NCBI RefSeq assembly: GCF_009914755.1
Contig: NC_060932.1
Source of the DNA: the human T2T-CHM13v2.0 reference genome, Homo sapiens
Direction: 5' to 3' (one strand)
DNA length: 64,000 nucleotides
Both the position numbers and the translations under genes were made by a program. A model generated the notes under the pieces. It was given only the letters and a program-made list of their open reading frames with translations. It searched no databases and had not been told where the DNA came from. The stretch's first letter is position 1. The number at the start of each line of letters is the position of its first letter. Shown here piece by piece: positions 25,588 through 42,557 of this stretch.

Positions 25588-26839
25588 GGTTGTGTTTCCC
25601 TTCTGCACTGTTAATTTGGAGAATGTTCCAGGTGAGGAAAATGCATCACCTTCAGAGGATACCAGATGTTACCCAGACCACTGTCCTGGTATTGAGGGTA
25701 CTCAGAGTGTACCTAGAAGTAGGTGTGGCCATTAGGGAGCACAGAAGGAGTGTTACCCTTTTTCTTTTGGGAGGCTGTGTTCCTTCCACCACATCAGAAC
25801 CAAAGAAGAAACTGGCCTCCTCCTAATGCTCCATTGCCTTCACCATTACTTCCATATAATAACCTTGTGGCACTTTAACAGAAGTGTGGATTTGTGGAGG
25901 ATTTAAATTCATATCAAATGTCAATTCACATTTTTTAGGGTTATATTGAAGCATGCATAACACATGATATCCTGTGGGCTCTAGATTACTTAGATTTCAA
26001 AACCAGAGATAGAAATGAAATATGTATGAGATTGAATACAGTAAGGGCTTATGTGGCATTAATTGCACATATTTATTGTTTTCTCTATTAAATAAAAGCT
26101 GAACTGTAATTAGTTAAGCCAGATGCATTTCTGTTTTTCCAGATGCACTGTGGGAACCCACTTTTCCACCTGGTGAATGTTGAAAAGACTATAAATACAA
26201 TAATTCTCTAGGCCAAGGAGCACTGCAGGTGCTTTTAACCAAGGAAAGAGTTTGCATTTCTGATCTTTGTACTGACGTATGCCTATGAAAGAAAACACTG
26301 AAATGCTATGTAACGTGACTGGCATGTTCATTTGCATTTCACACTGTAGCATGATGGTCAGGGAAACTATTTTCATGGCACATTATTGTTCAAATACATA
26401 TTAAAATTTCTGCTGTTAGGAACTTTATGTTCCCAGCTGTGATGTGTTAACAGCATTTCCTTCAGAAGTCAGGCAGCTGGCCCCCACACTAACTACAATG
26501 CTGTGCGATGCTCCTGTGTCTGTCCTCCTGGCACCACAATGCCTGTGTGCCATGTTTGTCACCAGCATGCTACATGTGCTATGTCCACTGCCTTTTGTCT
26601 CTCTATTCTCTTTATTGGGTATTTTTTCCTTCCTTTTCTCAGGTGTCTCAGGTTTAAGTCACAGAATCATGACTTTATGGAACAGAAAGGGGAACGACTT
26701 AGCCAACAGCAGCCCAGAGCAGGCAGCTGACTTATGTCAGGCGAACAAGTTAGTGACAGAACAGAACTCACAACCTGCATTTCTGTACTTTTTGGTACTC
26801 AATCCACTATGCTGCCTTTAAGGTAAATTAAAATACCAG

Positions 26840-27122
26840 CATTTAAAAACTGTTTTATGACATCCATTCATAGAGATGTGTAACCATCACTGCAATTCAT
26901 TTTAGAATATTTTCATCACTCCAAGAAGAGACCCAGCACCCCTTAGCCGTCAACCACCAAGTCCCTTCCTCCAGCAGCCCCAGGCAGCCACTGAGCTACT
27001 TTCTGTTTCCACAGATTTGCCTGTTCCGAACATTTTATATAGATGGGTTCATATGATACGTGGCCTTTTCTAGCTGGCTTCTCTCACTCAGCATCCTGTT
27101 TGCACAGTTCAGCCATGTAGTG
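26840..27122 (-). mobile_element. L1MB 3' fragment
   Basis: gtgtaaccatcactgcaattcattttagaatattttcatcactcc... Confidence 0.6.
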
Positions 27123-27561
27123 GTAGGTAACCATGGCATGTCAGAAAGAGAAGAAAAACTTGGTGGTCATTTTGCCTCCAGTTCAGAAGACAAAACCAAG
27201 GCCTAGGGAGGTGGCTTCAGGCTCTAGTCACAAAGCCCAGCAGGGGAAGAGTGAGGATCCAGCTAGACCCCTCACCACTCACCGCCCTCAGCAGACCTCC
27301 TGGTGCTTCCCTGACCTGCGTGCAAAGGTGCTCTGCTTGGTGAACTGGCAGATTTACATGCCTGCCCTCTAGTTTTTCTGTTCTCAGCTTTGCCCAGCTA
27401 TTTTTGTCACCGCTTGCGTGTCCTTGAAGGCATTCTGGGTTACTTCTAGATTTGTGAATGGTTGAGGTGCCAGATGTCTGAGGGTGGGTAAATGGGGTCC
27501 CTGCTATTTCAGTCCCTGCTGAATATAGACACAAAGGTACAGGACCAATTTGTTTACAGTC

Positions 27562-27830
27562 TTTTTTTCCCCTAGGTTAGAATGCAGTGGTGCAATCATA
27601 GCTCACTGCAGCCTTAAACCCCTGGGCTCAAACGATCCTCCCACCTCAGCCTCCTGAATAGGTGGAACTACAGGTGTGTGCCACCATGCCTGGCTGATTT
27701 TTAAATTTTTTTTAGAGACGGGGTCTCACTATGTTGCCCAGGCTGGTCTCAAACTCCTGGACTTAAGCCATCCACCTGCCTCAGCCTCCCAAAGTGCTGA
27801 GATTACAGTTGTGAGCCACTGTACCCAGCC
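27562..27830 (-). mobile_element. AluJ
   Basis: Antisense dimer; TSD ttgtttacartctt. Confidence 0.85.
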
Positions 27831-28451
27831 TTGTTTACAATCTTAAAACACCTATAAGGTCTTTCTATATTACTCATCGTATTTTTACATTAAATATCAA
27901 TGTTTATATAGCAAGAAATGTAAACAAAAAATAAAATATCAATAAGTACTAAATTTAAAGAAATAAGGCACCAGAGTAGCACCTAGTTTTCAGAGACCTT
28001 TCACATACATTCTCTCATTTAATCCTCTTAACAAATCTCAAGGCAGCTAATGTTATACACATGAGGACGTGGAGGCTTAGGAAGGTGAAGTAATTTGGTC
28101 CAGGCCTCACAAGTGGCAAAGGTCAGGATGGCAGGGCTCCTCTGACTGGACACCCTATGCTCTCCTCCCGCTATTGCACCAGACTGCTGGACATTCCTGG
28201 CCCAGTTCTCTGTTTTAAGCGAGTGTTCTCTAGGGACCAGCTGTGGGCCAGAAGGTCAGCACAGCACTCAGAGGACTCCTCCAAGTAAACCCAATATTCC
28301 CACTCGGCCCTCTGACCCCAGTCACGGCAGGGCTGTTCACGTCCTGACCTGGCTCCATGGGACACTCCTCCACACCCCTCACAGCATCCCACTGTACTCT
28401 CTCGACCTCGGTCTACCAACAGCAACATGCCCTGGCCTTCATACTTGTCTC

Positions 28452-28757
28452 TTTTTTTTTTTTTTTTTTTGAGATGGAGTCTTGCTCTATCACCCAGGCT
28501 GGAGTGCAGTGGCGCAATCAATCTCAGCTCACTACAACCTCCGCCTTGCAAGTTCAAGTGATTCTCCTGCTTCAGCCTCCCGAGTAGCTGGGACTACAGA
28601 TGCCCGTCACCACGCCCGGCTAATTTTTGTATTTTTAGTAGAGATGGGGTTTCACCATGTTGGTCAGGCTGGTCTCGAGCTCCTGACCTCAAGTGATCCA
28701 CCCGCCTTGGCCTCCCAAAGTGTTAGGATTACAGGCGTGAACCACCGCGCCCAGCCT
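28452..28757 (-). mobile_element. AluS
   Basis: Antisense dimer; TSD atacttgtctctt. Confidence 0.9.
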
Positions 28758-29099
28758 ATACTTGTCTCTTAATGTCTCTTTCTGTTTCATCTCTCACTGG
28801 GATCTGGCTAGTCTTTGAGAACATTGCCTTCCCTATGGCCCTGGTAGTTAGAGACATTTCCCCACAGAAATTCTGCCACTTCAGGGCTTAGAAGTAAGGT
28901 AGGTGTCTCTGCTGTCTATTGCCACTTCTAAAACATTCCTTCTCTGAAAAACCGCACCTCTTAAATTCTGACACATGCTACAAAGATGGTTGAACCTTCA
29001 GGACATTATGCTGAAGGAAATAAGCCAGACACAAAAGGACAGATACTATATGATTTCACTTATATGAGGTACTTAGAGTAGTCAAAATTATGGAGACAG

Positions 29100-29688
29100 A
29101 GCTGGCACGCACCTGTAGTCCGAGCTACTTGGGAGGCTGAGGCAGGAGAATTGCTCCAACCCAGGGGTTTGAGGCTGCAGTGGTATGATCATGCCTCCAA
29201 ATAGCCACTGCACTCCACTGTGGGCAACAGAGTGAGACCCTGTCCCTTAAAAAAGGAAAACATTATAGAGATAGAATAGAATGCAGAATGGCAGTTGCCA
29301 ACATCATTGGTGAGATTAATCCACTTATTGAGGTAGTTGGAGATTGTTCATTCTCATCGCTGAATAATATCCCATTATATAAACACATTCACTTATCCAT
29401 TCTACTTTTTATTTTTTTTTCTTTGAGTCAGGGTCTCGCTCTGTCACCCAGGCTGAAGTACAGTGATGCGACCTGGACTCACCACAACCTCTGCCTCCTG
29501 GACCCAAGGAATTCTCCCACCTAAGCCTCCTGAGTAGCTGGGACTAGGCGCATGTCACCACATCCAGCTAATTTTTGCTTCTTTTTGTAGAGACAGGGTT
29601 TTGCCATGTTGCCCAGGCCGGTCTCAACTCCACCCGCTGTGTCCTCCCAAAGTGCTGGGATTACAGGCATGAGCCACTGTGCCTAGCC
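29100..29688. mobile_element. Alu right-arm piece (+, 29100-29258) and AluJ (-, 29406-29688) among L1M fragments
   Basis: Alu consensus matches; L1M text on the flanks. Confidence 0.75.
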
Positions 29689-30088
29689 CCATTCTACTAT
29701 TGATGAACATTTGAATAGTTTTTGACTATTATGTGTAGAACATCCTAATGCATACTTTTGGTGCAACGTTCTCAGGGAGTATATACCAAGGCCTGGAATG
29801 GCTGGGTCAGAGGGTGTGTATGGGGTCAGCCAAAACACATTCTGTGAGTGTTCCTAACTGGTTACACCAATTTACACTCCCATCAGCGGTGCGGGAGAGT
29901 TCTGGTTGCTCTCTATCCTTCCTCTCTATCTTTCTCATCACTTGGCATTTCCTTCATTATTTTAGCTGCTCTTTTGTGTGGGGATGTGCATGCCATTCCC
30001 TGTCTATGCATAGTTGCAATATTTGCACTGGCTCATTACACTGACCAATAGGTTATGGATACTGCTGTGAAAATGAAGAAAAAGATAA

Positions 30089-30424
<336 letters not shown>

Positions 30425-31515
30425 TGATTCTTATATTTTTGACAGAGAGATCAGATGGATCAGTTCATACTCTGGCAGTTAATTTTATTTCCTCTAAATA
30501 AAAATGGACAGGTTAATTTATTAAGCAGCTGTGTTATCAATATGGTACGTGTGTGTGCTTGTATAGATAGATGTATATGTACATACATAACTATACATTT
30601 TTCTGGACACATAATATTTTAGGTGCCTATTGTATGCTAGACACTGTTCTACCATCAGTAAAAAAGCACTGCCCTGTTTTACTGTTGATTAAAAACAAAA
30701 TTCTGAAAATAGTGAACAATGAGGCTTACAACATTTGTTACAGGATAAGAAATCTCAATTTAGAAAAATGTTGTCAACTTTGACTAACCTGGAATGCTCG
30801 TTACACAGTCCTGAAATTAATTTTGATCCTAATCTGGCTATAGCTGCACCCCAGCCAGCCACCTTCCACAGCAGTTAGGTCCCTGACAGGAGACGGCACC
30901 CAGGAAGCCACAAAGAGCAAACTGGTTTCTGCCCAGGATCTCTGCCAGCTCTGCAGCCTTGGTGATGTCACTTACACAGCTCAGCACTCTCCATGCTTCT
31001 TCCCAGCCTGAGCCAAGCAGCATCAGGGAACTTGTTCTTCTGTCCCTTGGCCTTGCCTACCCCACCTTTCACAATGAAAGGTATTTCCCAAGAAAAGCAC
31101 ACTCACCCTAAAGCCAGGTCCCTCCCTACCAAGTCTCAGCACTAGATGCTGCTTCAGAAGGAGAAGCAGAGCAGAAAGACCATAGAGGGAAGAAGGGTAT
31201 TTGCGGTCTTCTTACAGCTCCTACCAGAATTTTACCTTTTATCCAAGGTGAGAATGGAGGCAGAGTGAGTGGCTGGGAGACCTCCACCATTATCCAGACC
31301 TGAGATGTTAACTAGGGCCATATCACGTGGAGAAGAACAGGGCAGATGTGAGAGGCATGCTGGGAGACAGATTGCCTTTGCCTTTGCCAGGAGTTAGGAT
31401 TGGGAGGAGTTGAGGATGATGAGTTTTCTTGAACAACTGGAGAGATAGTAACACTGCTTACCAAGAGAGAAAAAACAAGAAGGGGTAGCTTTGTCTGGGG
31501 AGATAATAACTTTGC

Positions 31516-31827
<312 letters not shown>

Positions 31828-33522
31828 TGATTTTTGACATTAATTTTTCTATGATGTAAGTGATTTGGCTGTTTTTTTCTATAATTTGCAATAACTACGC
31901 AGAAATTCTCATTAGGGAGCCTGCTCCTTGCTGGGAAACAGTAAATAGCTGGCCATTCTCATGCAAACCATTAATGATGGCCTCATATATTCCTCAGCCA
32001 TTTGAAGAGTCCCTAAAGCAGCCCCACAGACAAAGATTTTCCCAAGTGTTTAATACTTTCAGAGGTGCCCTGGGCCAAGTTATCACTGGGAATGCACCCC
32101 AGCTGCAATTTTCTTGAGAATGCCACTATTTCCTGGGATAAGCAAAGCTCTTAATAAAGATTTCAATCAGTACTTACAAAATGGTCCTTCGTTGTTGGCT
32201 GACATTAGGAAAGAACAAATAAAAACATACATAATTTATTTATTTCCTTCATATCATACTCTCTTCTTTCTAATACTTCCCAAAAGGCCATTGTAAAAGT
32301 TGAGTTATATAGGATGTTCATTTAGTAATGGCAGAAGAGAAGAGAAAGACACTCTTATTATAGTCTTAAAGCCTTCACTGGCTTAAAACCTCCTGGGGCT
32401 TACACATTTGGCAACGGCTATATAAACAAAAGTGTAAAGATTTCCATGATAAGTCACTGAAAAACAGATGGTAAGATGCTTAAGTGGTTTTTTAAAAGAT
32501 GAGGACATCTGTAAGCATCCATCTGGAAGTAATTATAATTCAAAAGTCTTTTGTTACTATTAAGCTTCCAGTTGACTTCCCCTACTAGAAAACAATGGAC
32601 CAGCTTTTTCTTAAAATAGACAATAAAACCCAAATAGTCAGACAATAAAACCAAAAGACAGAAATTTTTGAAAACCCATAGATTTGCCTGGAAGCAAAGT
32701 TTAGAATTTCCACAAAAATCCACCAGCTACTAAACTGTTGGCTTTCTGTATCAAACATAGTGGAAATAGAGCTTTGATTTGATTTTTTGGTCTATTTGTG
32801 CTGAAGTCAGTGCAAGTAATTCTAGCTCTTCATTAATATTTCATGAGCCACAGTGAGATGGACTTTTGTCTGGTGATGACTATACTGCAGGATAATGGGC
32901 CAGCGTCCTCTCAAACTTAGAATCGCCTCATCTCAGCATCCTACTAAACAGAACATCACTGTTGACCAGCATTCAGCTTACGTCTCGGCTGCTAATAGTA
33001 ACAGGGCCTGTTTGTGACTTCAGCAGCATCTGGTGACCCGGTGTTACTCTTGCAGTACGTGATTCAGAGAAAGCCACATTCCCCTGTTGCTATTTTCAGG
33101 TAGGCAGCTAAACCCAGGGAGAGTTTAGCATGGATTCAGCAGGTCTGTTTTTCTAACTTCATTGTGTAAATTCTTGAATGAGAATCTAGCGAGCAGCCAA
33201 AAAAAGACTTCCTGTGAACTCATCTTCCTTGAAGCCAAACATCTTCAGAAACTGTTTCCTTCAGGTTCTGGAAGCCTAGAGCCCTTCAAATGAGATTTGT
33301 CCCTCTCCCCAACACACTTTATGCCTCCTGTCCCCAGCCAAATGGCTTTTCCATCCTTTTCCTCCTCCCGTTCATTCGACTTCCAGTTCTGTCTGAAGTC
33401 AGAGGCATGCATGGGGCTGAGAGGGGCCTGGGTCACAGGGTCCCCCTCCTCCACCCACAAGTGAACATCCAACTTTAAGACCAAGTATTTAAGACCAGAG
33501 GATCCTACAAAAAACTCACTCA

Positions 33523-33808
<286 letters not shown>

Positions 33809-34693
33809 CTATCGAGTGGCCCCCTAAGTGTGCTGGCAAATGTGGTATCTGTGAAAAATCATCCTCCATCCAAGGCAAAATAGTATTAGAGAAAGATTTC
33901 CCAGGCAGGGGAAACCTAGAAGGCAGGACGACCTAGAGGAGGGTAAAATTAGGAGTAAATTGAAACACGTTGTGTTAAATACTCAGAAACATTACTGCAG
34001 AGAACAAGGAAATGAGAGTGTCTCTTGAGGCTGCAGTACAGGAGGATATTCCTGGAATATCGCAGTGCTTTTCATGCACCTGGGAACCACAGTCAGTGGG
34101 AGCTCAGAAAACAGTGAAATTGAAATGAATGAGGCTCATGAGGAAAGGAGTTTTGTTCTTAATGTGGAACAGCAACAAAGACCCAATCGTTTGAACAGGC
34201 TTAAAAAAGTACTGGGAGAGATATGTATAGGGCACAACTGAGGGACTAAGGTAAAATCATAGCATCCCAGTGCAATGCAAGGGGAAGGCTTACAGCTGAG
34301 AGTTAGGAGGGAGACTCCCTTGTTTGTGTCCATCTGCTATAGTTGGTATATTGGGGATTACCAAAGCTGTAAAATCCCCAGACATAGCTCTCTGGCTTCA
34401 CGTTCCACCCCATTTTAATGTCATTAGTCATTTCTTCAATGTGAAAGCAGAAAGAAATGTCCCATCAATTAACTCTGTAGCATATCGTAACAAAAATCTG
34501 GGAGAAGCAATGGAGCTAAGTGGCCGGGTGGCTTGGTATCAGAGCTGCCTTCACACTGGTCCCATTCTTCCTTATCTCAGATAACAAAGCATGCAGATTC
34601 CTCCTGCTTGTGAACCACATTTTTTTTCTGAAGCATTTGATGTTTTCTATGTCTTGTTAGCCTTCCTGTATCTATTAAGATTTAAAGAATCTT

Positions 34694-34990
<297 letters not shown>

Positions 34991-35745
34991 TTAAAGAATC
35001 TTTCCAAAATATTTAAAGAGTAAGAGAGACGCTCTTGGGGATGAGGAGTGGCGGGGCAGGTAATGATTCTCCTGGGAGGCCAGAGGCCAGGCTAACAGGC
35101 TCCTGCATCTCATGGCTTCTTAGGATCCCAGAAAATGAATGGCAAGCTTACACTTTGCATTTTAGAGGGGTAGGAAATGAGGGGCCAAAAGATTTAACCA
35201 GGATACAGATTAAGTTTAAAGGTCATTACCGGCTACCGTGTCTAAGGGTGAGGTTTGGGATTCCTGCCTTTGTGTCATTGTGCAGCCATCAGAGGTAGGA
35301 GGTACGGTCACCCTGACCCTGAAATACTCACAATGCCAGCCCAGAAAAAATCCATCTAGAAGTGCATTCTGCAGGGTAGAGTCTCGGGTTCAATGAAGTT
35401 GTGAGGCAGGTGATGAAAGGTCAAAGCTGCCTGACGCATTCATGATGCTTGACAGAGAGCGCTCAATCTGAAGATCATTGACAGTGAAACTATTGAAAAC
35501 GGCATATGCATATGGAACAAAAAGATGGAAAACGTTGGGAGATGGGATAATGGGTGATTAACTCTTAGAAATGTTCTTTATAGAACATTGAAAGCAAAAA
35601 ATAAAGGCAGGCACATGCAGACAAGGCAGCTATGGAAAGGAAGTCATGAAAGTTAGAAGCAATAGTTGGAATAAAGCAATAGATAATGGAGATACAGAAA
35701 AGTAAAACACTGGACTTGCCGAGCTACTAAAACTTATACAGACTG

Positions 35746-36215
<470 letters not shown>

Positions 36216-36570
36216 AACTATCATATCAACACAGAAAGTTATAAAGCAGCATTCAAAATCATATATATACTCTTGTAATCATGTAAATAATTTTTGTGAA
36301 CAAAGGGAAGGAAATGCAAAATAAAATTTAAAATATTGGCATGATGGATTTATGGCATGTTATTCTTTTTAAAAATATACTTGGTAACAGTTGTTGAGCA
36401 TTTAATAATTCCAGGCACTATGTGAGGATTTTACATGAATTATCATATTTATTCCTCCCAGCAACCCCATGAGCCAGATACTATTATTTTCCTGATTTGA
36501 CACAGAGAAGTTGGGGTGACCTGCCTGTGGTCATACAGGTAGTGGTGGTACTGGGTCCATTTGATTCTGA

Positions 36571-36938
<368 letters not shown>

Positions 36939-37689
36939 CCCTTATGCTATTTTTTTTAAAGGCTGTTATTATAATAGTGTACAGGTAGATATTTAAATGC
37001 ATGCTTATATTAAAAATTTGGAGATATATTAATGTTCCTATGGCAGAATGATATCATAGTCCTGGTACTTGATATTGGAGGTTTCTTGCTTCTGGTAGAG
37101 AAGTAACATTATAGAAAGTAGCAATACAGTGGGAAGGAATTGTTATGTGAATAATGATGAACCATTTCTGAGAATGGATTAAATGTGTATGATACACTTG
37201 TCTTTGACAACTTTTGACTGATGTGGAAGGACAGAGGTGATGGAAACTCTAATGAGGAAGGAAAATGTCTGCTGGGTGTGTATTCTCTCTCTTTCCTTCT
37301 AGAGTCCTTTGTATCTAGAGTGTCTGAGACTGGGGAAATGAAGGTGACCAGTAGATAGTTGAAGAGAGCAGGGACAAATGCCTTCCTGGGCTGGGTTCAT
37401 ACATTTTATTAAATTCCCTGTTACATTATCAAACAGAAAGGGTAAAGATGCATTGAGTCATGAGGTAAAACACAGAGGGATACATTATTAGTTCTTTAAT
37501 CATTCATCACATATGTATTAAACACCTTTACATAAAACAGAATCAATCAAAGCACTATTAGGAACATGAAGAAAGCCATGTAGCCAGCAAAAGTATAGAT
37601 GCCCTGGTACCAGCAAGAGCACAAAGCTGGTATTTGAGGGGCTCTTGCTTCAGGCTATGGGCCAAAAAAAATTACCAAGACCCTCCACC

Positions 37690-39030
37690 AAGGAAGAGGT
37701 ACCCATAGCAGATAATACATGAAAAGATGTTCAACATTATCAGTCAAGAGGGAAATGCAAATTAAACCCACCATGAGCTGCCACTTACGCCTATTAAAAT
37801 CGCCAGGAAAAAAAAATCTGACAATGTCAGCTACTGACAAGGATGTGGAACAATTGAAACTCTCATTCATTGCTGGTGGGAACAGAAAAAAGATACAGCT
37901 CCTTTGAAAGACAAGTTGGCATGTTCTTAGAAAGCGAATAAACATGCACTTACTATGTGACCCAGTGAGTATTTACCCAAGAAAAATGAAAACATACACC
38001 CACACAAAAATCTCTGCACAAATGTTTATAGAAGCTTTATTCATAAGCACCCAAAACAGGAAATAACACAAATGTCCATCAGTAGGTGCCTGGACAGACA
38101 GTTATAACCATATAATTGAGTACTACTCAGCAATAAACAAGAATGAACTACTGATACACACGACCAGGTGAATCTCAAAAGCATTACGCTAAGTGAAAGA
38201 AGCCCAGACTCCAAACAATGCATACCATATGATTTAATTTGTATGATATTTTGGAAAAGGAAAAACTATCATATCAATCTACAAAGTAATAATATACCTA
38301 AACATGTTAAAATCATACAGGCCACATTTTCTGATCAAAATGTAAAGAAACATACAAACTAGTCAGGCTAGTCAAGAAATTAAAAATAAACTTTAAAAAG
38401 GCTGTGGATAAAAAATCTGAGCTGCAATTAGATCTGAGGTATTTGGAGGTGAACTATTAGATCTGAGCTATTTGGAAATAAAAATAGTGCTATCTAGCAA
38501 AACTCAGTGGATATGATCAAAGCAGTAACTGGATAAAAATTTGTACTTTTAAACCCACTTATTAAAAACCAGCAGTGACTGAAAGTAAATGAACTAAAAC
38601 TTTAGTGTGAGAGGCCAGGAGAAAAGTAAGCCATTTTTTAAAAAGTAGATGAAGAATAATGAAAATAAAAGCAGAAATTAATGAAATTTACAGTTAACAG
38701 AAAGCAAAATTGATCCATAAAACCTAAAGCCAATTCTTTGGAAACAGAACTACAGACTAACCTTTGGCAAATCTGATTCAGATAAGAGGATAGAAAAGCC
38801 CAAACCATCAGAAATGAGTTACGGTGCATAACTGGATCAAGACTTTTTTACACAAAAACCAAATAACATGTACAAGTTTAATGCCAACGTATTTGAAAAT
38901 CTTAGGTAAGATAGATACTTTTCTGAAAAAATATAAATTTAAAATATTGAGTCATATGGTAGTAGAAGATCCTAAACTACGTAGAAAAAATCGAAAAGGT
39001 GTTATGAGATTTGTCCCTAAGAAAGGCATC
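37690..39030 (+). mobile_element. Old L1M fragments (3' ORF2/UTR, then ORF2 interior)
   Basis: catgaaaagatgttcaacattatcagtc..gggaaatgcaaattaaa; aataatgaaaataaaagcagaaattaatgaaat. Confidence 0.65.
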
Positions 39031-39037
39031 AGGCCCT

Positions 39038-39350
39038 GGCCAGGCACGGTGGCTCATTGCCTGTAATCCCAGCACTTTGGGAGCCTGAGGTGGGTGGATC
39101 ACTTGAGGTCAGGGGTTCGAGATCAGCCTGGCCAACATAACATGGTGAAACCCCATCTCTACTAAAAATACAAAAAAATTAGCTGGTCATGGTGGTGTGT
39201 GCCGGTAATCCCAGCTACTCGGGAGACTGAGGCATGAGAATCGCTTGAACCCGGGAGGTGAAAGTCGCAATTAGCCGAGATTGGGCCACTTAACTCCAGC
39301 TTGGGTGATGGAGTGAGATTCTGTGTCAAAAAATACATAAAAATAAAAAG
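39038..39350 (+). mobile_element. AluS
   Basis: Full dimer. Confidence 0.9.
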
Positions 39351-40297
39351 ATGGAACATTTCCAACTTTGTTTTAAAAGGCAGAAAAATAAGGATATTTA
39401 AACTGGACAAAGATGGCCAAAAAAAGGAAAATTCATGAAGGGAGATCCTATTCATAATAGGAACATAAATCACAAGACTGCAAATTCCTATGCATAGGAA
39501 TAACCACATAGCAAACATTTATTGAGTGCTATGTGTTGCAAGCACATTTGAAGTGCTTCACCAGTATCGCCTCATTTAATCTTCACCTCCAGGATACTCA
39601 GTATCCCAGTTCTATTGATGAAGGAACCAAGACTCAAAAAGATGGAATAACTTCTCTAAGCTCATACAGCTAATCAACAATGGAGTTGAGATTTAAGCCA
39701 ATTTCCCCCAGTCCTCACAATGGATACAGTTAATCTTGATTTTTTTTTTTTTTTTGCCAATTTTGTAGGTAAAAATATCAAAAAAAGATACCTGGTTTTA
39801 ATTTGCATCTCTTTGTTTTGCATGATTTCCTGCCACATAAATTTTAATATTTATTCTTGAATCACATTTAACTTCAATTTTGCATCTTCAGTATTTATGA
39901 AATCTTTCATTAGTTACATTCCTCAAATGAATTCATCCCACTGGATTCCAGCTACTGTTCATCTGTCTATTCTGATACTTTATTGAGAATACCAATATTT
40001 TTCTAAATTTACTTTTGATAAAACTGAACATTTTTTCATAGGTGATTTTATTTGTGTATATATACATATGTAGTGTGCATGTGTATGTTTGTATATGTGA
40101 TTTCTTCATCCATGATTTTTTAATTTATTAGTGAGTAAAATGTTTTAAAAGAAAAACTTATCCTTAAACTATTAGGTTACCCTGAAGTATAATTTTTATA
40201 GGAAAAGTAGGATAAAAACTTGATTCTTTCCCCTTATTTATCAGTTTTCAAAATTGTTCCCTATCACTGTCTAAAAGTAGTCAGTAAGTTTTTTTAG

Positions 40298-40650
<353 letters not shown>

Positions 40651-40797
40651 TAAAAATAATATTAATAAATTATCACACTGGTTAGTCAACTCAGCTGTAG
40701 ATTAAAATGTCCAGTCATCTAATGCACTTGACAGTTCAGGACAGAAGCATTAAAGTGGCTTCACAGGAGATCCTATTCCTCACTCCACGTTGGACAT

Positions 40798-41248
40798 TGT
40801 TATGGGTTGAATTGTGTCCCCCCAGAATATATGTTGAAGTTCTAACCATGATACCTGTGAATATCACCTTATTTGGAAACAGGGTCTTTGCATGCACCAC
40901 CACATCTGGCTAATCAAGTGAAGATGAGGCCAAACTGGATGAAGGCGGGCCTGAAATCCAACGACTGGTGACCTTATAAGGAGGGAGAGCTTCAAAGACC
41001 CAGGCAGTCATAGAGGGAAGAAGGGCAAGTGGCAAAGAAGACAGAGATTGGGTTTCTGTTGCCACCGAGGCTGCCAGAAGAGGCAAGGAAGAATCCTCCC
41101 CTAGAGCCTTCAGAGGCAGATGCCTGGCCCTGCTGACGGTTTGGTTTTGAACTTTTAGCCTCCAGAACTGTGCAAGAATAAATTTCTGTTGTTTTAAGCC
41201 ATCGGGTTTGTGGTAATTTGTTATGGCAGCTCTAGGAAACTAATCCAG
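40798..41248 (+). mobile_element. MLT1B-like solo LTR
   Basis: tgttatgggttgaattgtgtcccc ... aataaatttctgttgttttaagcc ... ggcagctctaggaaactaatcca. Confidence 0.8.
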
Positions 41249-41424
41249 ATGTTAAAGTTTATTCTTACATAGAAATTGAGGTTTCTAATAAAAGGTGTGT
41301 GGACGTGGCTACTTCGATCACTTACTGAGCTCTGGCACCATGACTTCTGGCCTTGGCTATATTTTCCTTTTCCTTTCTTTTTTTCCTCTTCCTTCTTTTC
41401 TTTTCTCTTTTTTCCAATCTCTCT

Positions 41425-41708
41425 TTTTTTTTTTTTTTTTTTTTTGAAACAGGGTCCCGCTCTGTCAGCCAAGCTGGAGTGCAGTGGCACCGTCATGGCT
41501 CACTGCAGCCTCAAACTTCTGGGCTAAAGTGATCCTCCTGCCTCAGCCTACTGAGTAACTAGTACTATAGGCATGCATCACCACATCTGGCTAATTTTTA
41601 AATATTTGTAGAGATAGAGGTCATGCAATGTTGCCTGGGCTGGTCTTGAACTCCTGGCCTCAAGTGATCCTCCCACCTTGGCCTCCCAAGGAGCTGGGAT
41701 TACAGGCC
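41425..41708 (-). mobile_element. AluJ
   Basis: Antisense dimer with long pyrimidine tail. Confidence 0.85.
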
Positions 41709-42115
41709 CTTCTTAGTTCTTTGATGCCAATCCAATTTTAGGTTCTTAACCTTGGTACTTTGGGTCCACTGTGGATTCCCCATTCTCTCCTTCTTTCTCT
41801 TCCTATTTTTGATCTTATCCCTTACAGATCTCCCTTCATGTCCCTGCCCCCAAACTGTAATTTGTGATATTTGCTGTCACCTTTTATCCATTCTTGTGCA
41901 CTAGATAATCTTAGTTTCTTTATGTAGTTCACTAATTTAACAAGCCAGACTGAACTGAGTGTAAACAGGCAGTGAATTTCTTCTCCTATCACCACGTTCA
42001 AACAGTATCGGTTTTCCCCTCCTCTCCCCTCAACTCTATCTCATGCAGATTCTATAGCTTTTCAAGTCAATGTCAGTATTAGAACAGTCTCATTTTCAGG
42101 CGTTAAAAAATTTCA

Positions 42116-42238
42116 GTGCTCACTTCAGCAGCACATATACTAAAATTGGAACAATACAGAGAAATTAGCATGGCCCCTGCGCGAGGATGACATGCAAATT
42201 CATGAAGCATTCCATAAAAAGAAAAAAAAAGAAAAAAA
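42116..42238 (+). pseudogene. U6 snRNA retrocopy (RNU6 pseudogene) with poly(A) tail
   Basis: gtgctcacttcagcagcacatatactaaaattggaacaatacagagaaattagcatggcccctgcg...ttccata matches U6 from nt 1, mostly CpG-decay changes; A-tail; aaaaaattt on both sides; no PSE/TATA seen upstream. Confidence 0.95.
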
Positions 42239-42260
42239 TTTTTTTTAATGTTTAGTCCCT

Positions 42261-42557
42261 GCCAGGCACGGTGGCTCATGCCTGTAATCCCAGCACTTCT
42301 GGGAGGCCAAGGCGGTGGATCACCTGAGGTCAGGAGTTTGAGGCCATCCTGGCCAACATGGTGAAACTCTGTATCTACTAAAACTACAAAAATTAGCTGG
42401 GTGTGGTGATGCACGCCTGTAATCCCAGTTACTTGAGAGGCTGAGGCAGGAGGATCACTTGAACCTGGGAGGCGAGGTTGCAGTGAGCCGAGATCGCGCC
42501 ACTGCACTTCCAGCCTGGGCAACGGAGTGTGGCTCTGTCTCAAAAAAAAAAAAAAAA
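42261..42557 (+). mobile_element. AluS
   Basis: Full dimer; TSD-like gttyagtccc. Confidence 0.9.

Noticed and set aside
25553-25826. Poly-Asp / poly-Met ORFs and a nearby ccag|gtgagg donor-like site
   Set aside because: Produced by a (GAT)n microsatellite; no supporting acceptor or homology to RGS20 exons.
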